A stretch of 64,000 nt of DNA from an uncultured Sediminibacterium sp. (GTDB taxonomy: Bacteria; Bacteroidota; Bacteroidia; Chitinophagales; Chitinophagaceae), in the NCBI GenBank assembly GCA_964560215.1, contig CAZLKW010000001.1, forward strand, positions 10,525 to 74,524, read 5' to 3'. Made by a program: the position numbers and the translations under genes. The notes beneath the pieces were generated by a model, which saw nothing but the letters and a program-made list of their open reading frames with translations, searched no databases and was not told the DNA's origin. Position 1 is the stretch's first letter; the number at the start of each line of letters is the position of its first letter. Below, piece after piece: positions 58,638 to 64,000 of this stretch.

Positions 58638-58719
58638 GGTTCCTAGTGGTATTCCATACCTTTTCATTTATTGATAATCAATAGGATACAAGATTGAAAT
58701 AGATTTATATTTCTCATAT

Positions 58720-58777
58720 TTCACCTGTTTTAGCCAATTTTTTGTGAAAACCTGGCCGTGAACCTGGCCGGAATTTA
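58720..58777. repeat. Arm-type repeat module (TTCACCTGTTTT...AACCTGGCC x2)
   Basis: AACCTGGCC at 58749-58757 and 58761-58769; same module at 61107-61164. Confidence 0.8.
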
Positions 58778-58939
58778 ATGAGTTTTAGATCATCAATATT
58801 GAAGTTTATAATTTGCAATGAGATCATGTATTCCCTTTCATGGATAGAATCTAGGTAGACATTTGTATGGCATTGAAACATGTTATTAGTACTCCTGGTT
58901 GGTGATGATTGAAACATCTAACTGCACCTGAGTTTATTG

Positions 58940-58947
58940 TATATTTG
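58940..58947 (+). promoter_or_regulatory. Bacteroidota -7 promoter element
   Basis: TATATTTG matches TAnnTTTG, 36 nt upstream of the first cargo gene. Confidence 0.55.
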
Positions 58948-58983
58948 TAAGTTATAAACTTTCACTTTTTAATTTGTTGCCCA

Positions 58984-59667
58984 ATGATGAAGAATATGTT
59001 TTATTTATTAGGTGTTCTGTTGTCTTTGGATGGTTATACTCAAACAGGTATTGGAACTACTTCACCTGTTAATAAGTTTCAAGTTGAAACTACCGCAGCA
59101 GCTCCTCTTACTTCGGGATCTGGTTTCAATGGAAACCTAAGATTAGGCGCTACTGGAGCAAATCAAGTTTTAGATTTTGGACTAGGTACAACTTTTGGAT
59201 GGTTACAAGCAAGACATAAAACTATTTATAGTGAAAATTATTTTTTAGTATTAAATCCTAATGGCGGAAATGTGGGGATTAATAAATCAAATCCAGCAAA
59301 AGCACTAGATGTCACGGGTGATATTGCAGTAAGCGGAGCACTAACCGGTGGCAATGTAGTCGCTTCAAAATTAAGCGGTTTTGTTTCTAATATTACATCC
59401 GTATCAACAGACAGGTCTATTGCAGTAACAGACAATGGCACTATTTTACGTTCGACAGCTACATCGGGTATAACGATAACTTTACCAGCTTCTGGTATCC
59501 CAGAGGGTTTTAATTGTATGGTATTACAAAGTGATGTTGGACAAATTACATTTTCAGGGACGTTTTATAATAGAAATGGTTTTAATAAAACTGCAGGCCG
59601 CTATTCAATTGTAACTATTCTTTATGCAGGAGGGATATACATTGTTTCAGGAGAAATGAGTAATTAA
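58984..59667 (+). CDS. Secreted phage-tail-fibre-like protein
   Basis: Signal peptide then QTGIGTTSP; GWLQA..LVLNPNGGNVGI..P...LDVTG; C-terminal ITLP..GFNC.VLQ...GQITF...YIVSGEM. Confidence 0.65.
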   Translation: MMKNMFYLLGVLLSLDGYTQTGIGTTSPVNKFQVETTAAAPLTSGSGFNGNLRLGATGANQVLDFGLGTTFGWLQARHKTIYSENYFLVLNPNGGNVGINKSNPAKALDVTGDIAVSGALTGGNVVASKLSGFVSNITSVSTDRSIAVTDNGTILRSTATSGITITLPASGIPEGFNCMVLQSDVGQITFSGTFYNRNGFNKTAGRYSIVTILYAGGIYIVSGEMSN

Positions 59668-59668
59668 G

Positions 59669-61030
59669 ATGAAAATATTACTACTATTTATATTTGTCCT
59701 TTTTAATTTAAATTCTAACAGTCAAATCCTACCTGTACAATATTCTGTATATGAATCAAATAGAGGTAAAGGTAATGGGAAATTATATTATAAATTATAC
59801 AGCGTATCGACAAGTAGTGTATTTCCTGCAAGTTCTGCCGATTACGACACTTATCTCAGTACCTATGGTACTTTCAGGATAGGTGGTACATTTAATGTAT
59901 TAACGAATAGTGGCACCATTAACAGCTCAACGAGTAATTCAACAAATACAATAAACTTTAATTCCTCTGCACAATTTTTAAATTCAATTAATAACCAAAG
60001 TCCGTATGTGGGGTATGATGGGAATTATTTTTCAGTTATTGTATCTGGATATTTCATTCCAAAACAGACAGGTACGTATACTTTTTCTGTAGAAGGGGAC
60101 GATGCTGTTGATTTATTTATTAATAATGTAAATGTGGCAAATCATTATGGTGGACATGGTGCTTCTGCAATAGGTACGCACACAGGAACTATCAATTTAA
60201 TTGCTGGTAAAAAGTATACTTTAAGAGGCAGATTTCAAGAGCACGCTGGTGGTGAGGTTTTTACATTATTTTGGAAGAAACCTTCAGAATCAAATGGGAC
60301 TGTTTGGTTTCAGGATTGGGAGGAATTATCTTCAAATGAAGTTGTACCTTCTGGTTTAGTTTATTCATTTGACCCAGGAAATTTTTATAGCTATTCAAAA
60401 ATAGGTACTGCAAATGCAACCTATAATGATTTAAATAACAACGTTTCAGGTACTTTATTGGATAACACCACATTTTCTTCTGACAATGGCAATGTTTTGG
60501 TTTTTGATACTGACAAGGATGCGGTTGATTTTGGCACAAATATTCCAAATTTTCCAACGTCTGATATAAGTGTATTTCTATGGATTAATGCAACTTCACT
60601 CAGAAATGGCTGGAATATTTTTTTTACAAAATGGTTTTCTACTACTGCAGGAGATGGAGGCGTGTCCGATTTTCATTATTCAATTAAAACTAATGGCGCG
60701 CAAAATTTTCAAAATTTATACACGACCAATGCTAGTGATATGTTTGGGTCAACTCCCATTTTAACTTCTACATGGTATCATGTAGGTTTTACAATCTCTA
60801 GTGGAAATATGCAAATGTATCTTAATGGACAACCAGATGGTTCTCCGAGGCCTGCAAGTAGAACCAATCAACCTTCTGCTAGATTAATTTTGGGTGATTC
60901 AAGGAGTAATGGTTTAGTTACATTTAATGGGAAAATCGGCACTATTTCTGTTTATAATAGGGCGATAAATAGAGAAGAAGTTTTTCAGAATTTCAATATC
61001 TCTAAACACAGATACGGTTTTACAAATTAA
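59669..61030 (+). CDS. Secreted PA14 plus LamG-like jellyroll domain protein
   Basis: Signal peptide; PA14 (SGYFIPKQTGTYTFSVEGDD, FQEHAGG); LamG (WYHVGFT, MYLNG, FNGKI..ISVYNRAI..EV.QNFN..K.RYG). Confidence 0.85.
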   Translation: MKILLLFIFVLFNLNSNSQILPVQYSVYESNRGKGNGKLYYKLYSVSTSSVFPASSADYDTYLSTYGTFRIGGTFNVLTNSGTINSSTSNSTNTINFNSSAQFLNSINNQSPYVGYDGNYFSVIVSGYFIPKQTGTYTFSVEGDDAVDLFINNVNVANHYGGHGASAIGTHTGTINLIAGKKYTLRGRFQEHAGGEVFTLFWKKPSESNGTVWFQDWEELSSNEVVPSGLVYSFDPGNFYSYSKIGTANATYNDLNNNVSGTLLDNTTFSSDNGNVLVFDTDKDAVDFGTNIPNFPTSDISVFLWINATSLRNGWNIFFTKWFSTTAGDGGVSDFHYSIKTNGAQNFQNLYTTNASDMFGSTPILTSTWYHVGFTISSGNMQMYLNGQPDGSPRPASRTNQPSARLILGDSRSNGLVTFNGKIGTISVYNRAINREEVFQNFNISKHRYGFTN

Positions 61031-61106
61031 AAGAGTTACAATCGAAATTATCAGTGATTTTAATGTCATATAATCAGGTTCCAACAATTCCACTCCTTCA
61101 CCTCCA

Positions 61107-61164
61107 TTCACCCCTGTTTTCCCTCAAAGAACACAAAACCTGGCCCAAACCTGGCCAGAACTTA
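61107..61164. repeat. Arm-type repeat module (TTCACCCCTGTTTT...AACCTGGCC x2)
   Basis: AACCTGGCC at 61137-61145 and 61148-61156. Confidence 0.8.
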
Positions 61165-61229
61165 CCACAAACAAAAAGGGTCTATGCATTTTTACAGCAT
61201 AAACCCTTGATAATGTTGCCTTTCGGCTG

Positions 61230-61303
61230 TGGGCCCACCAGGGCATGATCCTGGGACCCCCTGATTATGAGTCAGGTGCTCTAACCAACTGAGCTATAGG
61301 CCC
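61230..61303 (-). tRNA. tRNA with CAT anticodon, most likely tRNA-Ile2 (lysidine)
   Basis: GGGCCTATAGCTCAGTTGGTTAGAGCACCTGACTCATAATCAGGGGGTCCCAGGATCATGCCCTGGTGGGCCCA; full cloverleaf with Ile-type acceptor; CCA not encoded. Confidence 0.9.
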
Positions 61304-61420
61304 TCATATTGCTATGATGGCTGCAAAAATAGTAAAATTGACCGTCTCTTGGAACATAAAGCACTAATATTTTAACCTTTTTTAAAGTGATCTACCCTTT
61401 TTTTCGATTATTTTTGCTGA

Positions 61421-62155
61421 ATGAAGAAAGTAATTTTAACGCTCCTTACTATTTTGTTATTCAGTGGTTTAGCCAAAGCGCAAACTTCTGGTACCGAAAA
61501 GAAAATGGCAGACTTATCTAGCCGTCCTGCCGACCATTTAATGATCCAGTTCGGATCTGATAGCTGGGTAGGCGCACCAGATAGCGTAAAGACGTCTGGC
61601 ATGGGTCGTCATTTCAACATCTACTTTATGTTGGACAAGCCTTTTAGAACAAATAACAAGTTTAGTCTTGCTTATGGTTTAGGCTTTGGAACAAACAATC
61701 AATACATTGACAACGGCACTTACGTAGATTTAGCACAAGTTGCAAATACGATTCGTTTCAAACAATTAGATTCAAGTGCTAATCGTTATGACAAGCAAAA
61801 AGTGGCGACTGTTTATTTACAACTCCCTGCAGAAGTAAGGTATTACTCCAATCCTGCGAACCCAGCAAAATCTTGGAAACTAGCTGCTGGTGTGAAAGTA
61901 GGCTTGTTATTTAAAGGATTTACAAAAGTGAAAGATTACCAAACATCAACTGGTCAATCTTTATATGGTAAAACATACGTTCAAAAAATGAGCAATAAAA
62001 GGTTCTTTACAAGTAACGACGTCACATTGACTGCAAGAGCTGGATACGGTATCCTATCAGTAAATGTAGGCTACTCTGTAACGCCAGTGATTCGTGATGG
62101 ATATGGACCTTCATTCAATAGATTATCTGTTGGTTTAAGCATCAGCGGATTATAG
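61421..62155 (+). CDS. Outer membrane beta-barrel protein (PorT-like)
   Basis: Signal peptide, YLQLPAEVRY, alternating beta strands. Confidence 0.75.
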   Translation: MKKVILTLLTILLFSGLAKAQTSGTEKKMADLSSRPADHLMIQFGSDSWVGAPDSVKTSGMGRHFNIYFMLDKPFRTNNKFSLAYGLGFGTNNQYIDNGTYVDLAQVANTIRFKQLDSSANRYDKQKVATVYLQLPAEVRYYSNPANPAKSWKLAAGVKVGLLFKGFTKVKDYQTSTGQSLYGKTYVQKMSNKRFFTSNDVTLTARAGYGILSVNVGYSVTPVIRDGYGPSFNRLSVGLSISGL

Positions 62156-62175
62156 TCTACCCCAAAACTATTTAC

Positions 62176-62207
62176 AACCCTCCTTTATATTAAGGGAGGG
62201 TTTTTTT
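62176..62207 (+). terminator. Intrinsic terminator
   Basis: AACCCTCCTTTA-tat-TAAGGGAGGGTT plus T run. Confidence 0.85.
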
Positions 62208-62253
62208 ATTCTAGAAGGGTATTGAGTTATCTTTGTAAAAATTAAGATTCATT

Positions 62254-63441
62254 TTGATAGAGAAGAAGCAAATAATTAAGGAAGAGGAGAAGGCAGTATT
62301 AGTGGGCGTGATTCAACAAGAACATACCGAGGAGCAGGTGAATGAATACTTGGCCGAATTGGCTTTTTTAGCAGAGACAGCTGGAGCGATAGCAGTTAAA
62401 ATTTTCAAGCAAAGATTATCACATCCCGACAGTAAAACATTTGTTGGTAAGGGTAAGCTAGAGGAGATCAAGCAATATGTGGCTGCCAAGGATATTGATG
62501 TAGTAATATTTGATGATGAATTAACTGGATCTCAAATACAGAATATTGAAAAGGAAGCAAAGTGTAGGGTGATTGATCGAAGCGATTTGATCTTAGACAT
62601 TTTTGCACGTCGTGCAAGAACAGCACAAGCTAAAGTACAAGTAGAGTTAGCACAATATCAATACATTTTACCAAGGTTAAAAGGAATGTGGTCGCATTTG
62701 GAAAGACAAGGTGCGGGTATTGGTTCTAGAGGTCCTGGTGAAACAGAAATTGAAACAGACCGTCGTATTGTTAAAGATAAAATTGCTTTACTACGTAAGC
62801 GTTTACAAGAGATAGACAAACAAGCTTTCACACAACGTAAGGATAGAGGTGAGTTTATACGTGTGGCACTAGTAGGTTACACGAATGTGGGCAAGAGCAC
62901 GATCATGAACTTATTAAGTAAGAGTGAAGTATTTGCAGAGAATAAATTATTTGCAACACTAGATACCACCACCAGAAAAGTAGTTTTTGAAGCGACGCCT
63001 TTCTTATTAAGTGATACAGTTGGATTTATTCGTAAGCTTCCGCATCATTTAGTAGAGAGTTTTAAAAGTACGTTAGATGAAGTACGTGAGGCAGATGTAT
63101 TATTACATGTGGTGGACATCTCCCACGAAAAATACGAAGACCAAATTGATGTAGTTAATAAAACATTACAAGAACTAAAAGCATTTGATAAGCCGGTGGT
63201 AACCATTTTTAATAAGATGGATTTATACCGGGAAAAATATTTTGACGAGTGGATATCGGACGAAGTAAAACAAGACATTGAAAGAGACTTAAAAGAAAAA
63301 TGGATTAATGTGACCAATAACAATTGTGTTTTTGTGTCTGCCATCGAAAAACAAAACATCGAAGAATTAAGAACCATCATCTTGCATAAAGTAAGAGACA
63401 TGTACCAGATCAAATATCCTTATAAGACTGTATTCTTTTAA
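62254..63441 (+). CDS. hflX: GTPase HflX
   Basis: GPGETEIETDRR, GYTNVGKST, LFATLDTT, DTVGF, NKMD; TTG start. Confidence 0.97.
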   Translation: MIEKKQIIKEEEKAVLVGVIQQEHTEEQVNEYLAELAFLAETAGAIAVKIFKQRLSHPDSKTFVGKGKLEEIKQYVAAKDIDVVIFDDELTGSQIQNIEKEAKCRVIDRSDLILDIFARRARTAQAKVQVELAQYQYILPRLKGMWSHLERQGAGIGSRGPGETEIETDRRIVKDKIALLRKRLQEIDKQAFTQRKDRGEFIRVALVGYTNVGKSTIMNLLSKSEVFAENKLFATLDTTTRKVVFEATPFLLSDTVGFIRKLPHHLVESFKSTLDEVREADVLLHVVDISHEKYEDQIDVVNKTLQELKAFDKPVVTIFNKMDLYREKYFDEWISDEVKQDIERDLKEKWINVTNNNCVFVSAIEKQNIEELRTIILHKVRDMYQIKYPYKTVFF

Positions 63442-63443
63442 TT

Positions 63444-63791
63444 ATGTCAGAGAACAAGATCAACTGGGTTTTAATTACAGAAGCACCTTTGAGTTTAGAT
63501 TTTCAAGAGAACAATTTATTAGACCTTGAAGTAGATGGGAAGAAAATCACCCTTGCAAAATGGAAAGAAGGCTACTTTGCTTTTGCCCAAAAATGTCCTC
63601 ATGCCAGTGGCAGGATGTCTGCCGGTTATATCAATCCCCTTGGTCAGGTTGTATGCCCTTTACATAGATATGCTTTTGACATGAAAAATGGCCGAAACAC
63701 AAGTGGAGAGGGCTATTTTCTCAAAACCTACCCCATAGAACTGCGTCCAGAGGGAATTTTTATTGGTTTTAAGCCGAATTCTTTCTTTTAA
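63444..63791 (+). CDS. Rieske-type ferredoxin
   Basis: CPH...CPLH motifs. Confidence 0.9.
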   Translation: MSENKINWVLITEAPLSLDFQENNLLDLEVDGKKITLAKWKEGYFAFAQKCPHASGRMSAGYINPLGQVVCPLHRYAFDMKNGRNTSGEGYFLKTYPIELRPEGIFIGFKPNSFF

Positions 63792-63844
63792 ACTTTTGTT
63801 CTTTGGTAAATTTCATTATTTTTGCGTCCCGTAAAAGGGAACAC

Positions 63845-63918
63845 TCCTCCTTAGCTCAGTTGGTTAGAGCATCTGACTGTTAATCAGAGGGTCTCAGGTT
63901 CAAGTCCTGAAGGGGGAG
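63845..63918 (+). tRNA. tRNA-Asn(GTT)
   Basis: TCCTCCTTAGCTCAGTTGGTTAGAGCATCTGACTGTTAATCAGAGGGTCTCAGGTTCAAGTCCTGAAGGGGGAG cloverleaf. Confidence 0.97.
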
Positions 63919-63927
63919 CAAAATGAT

Positions 63928-63961
63928 AAAAAGGTTATACTTTTATAGTGTAACCTTTTTT
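63928..63961 (+). terminator. Terminator after tRNA-Asn
   Basis: AAAAAGGTTATAC...GTGTAACCTTTTT. Confidence 0.8.
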
Positions 63962-64000
63962 ATTTGCAGAAAACCAAACTCAAATTTATTAAAGCCGTGA

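Larger units (their letters stand above)
58597..61271. mobile_element. Integrase-free mini genomic island (~2.63 kb) at tRNA-Ile2
   Basis: Flanked by the tRNA and a tRNA 3' remnant; tandem AACCTGGCC motifs inside both ends; two cargo genes. Confidence 0.75.

Noticed and set aside
58872-58917. Two ATTGAAACAT words 36 bp apart resembling CRISPR repeat ends
   Set aside because: Only 10 bp, two copies, period too short for repeat plus spacer, and no cas genes
61054-61248. 64-aa ORF over the island right end
   Set aside because: Overlaps the arm repeats and the tRNA; no coding features

Overview
AT-rich, gene-dense Bacteroidota chromosome segment. Gln at +1 after signal peptides, TAnnTTTG-type promoters, a T9SS C-terminal domain, GLPGLI and HmuY genes support the phylum; Chitinophagaceae or a freshwater Sediminibacterium-like lineage is an inference. 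About 1-44 kb is mostly housekeeping and nutrient acquisition: ECF sigma locus, DUF1800/DUF1501, peptidases, Ntn acylase, TonB receptors, PiT/DUF47, pckA and HmuY. About 44-61 kb looks accessory: small membrane proteins, a Rieske/cytochrome-b-like/YceI module, pntAB, a decayed kbl copy, a membrane AraC with three lipoproteins sharing an operator, a VOC::nucleotidyltransferase chimera, and a GpgS-HAD phosphatase fusion. The most notable feature is a ~2.63 kb integrase-free cassette at tRNA-Ile2(CAT). It is bounded by the tRNA and a 3' tRNA remnant, carries AACCTGGCC arm-like repeats at both ends, and encodes a secreted phage-fibre-like protein plus a PA14-LamG protein. It appears stacked on a relic of an older related element. 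Also found are a structured sRNA candidate upstream of the phosphate transporter operon and three identical-architecture ECF promoters. All calls come from reading the sequence; no database searches were run.
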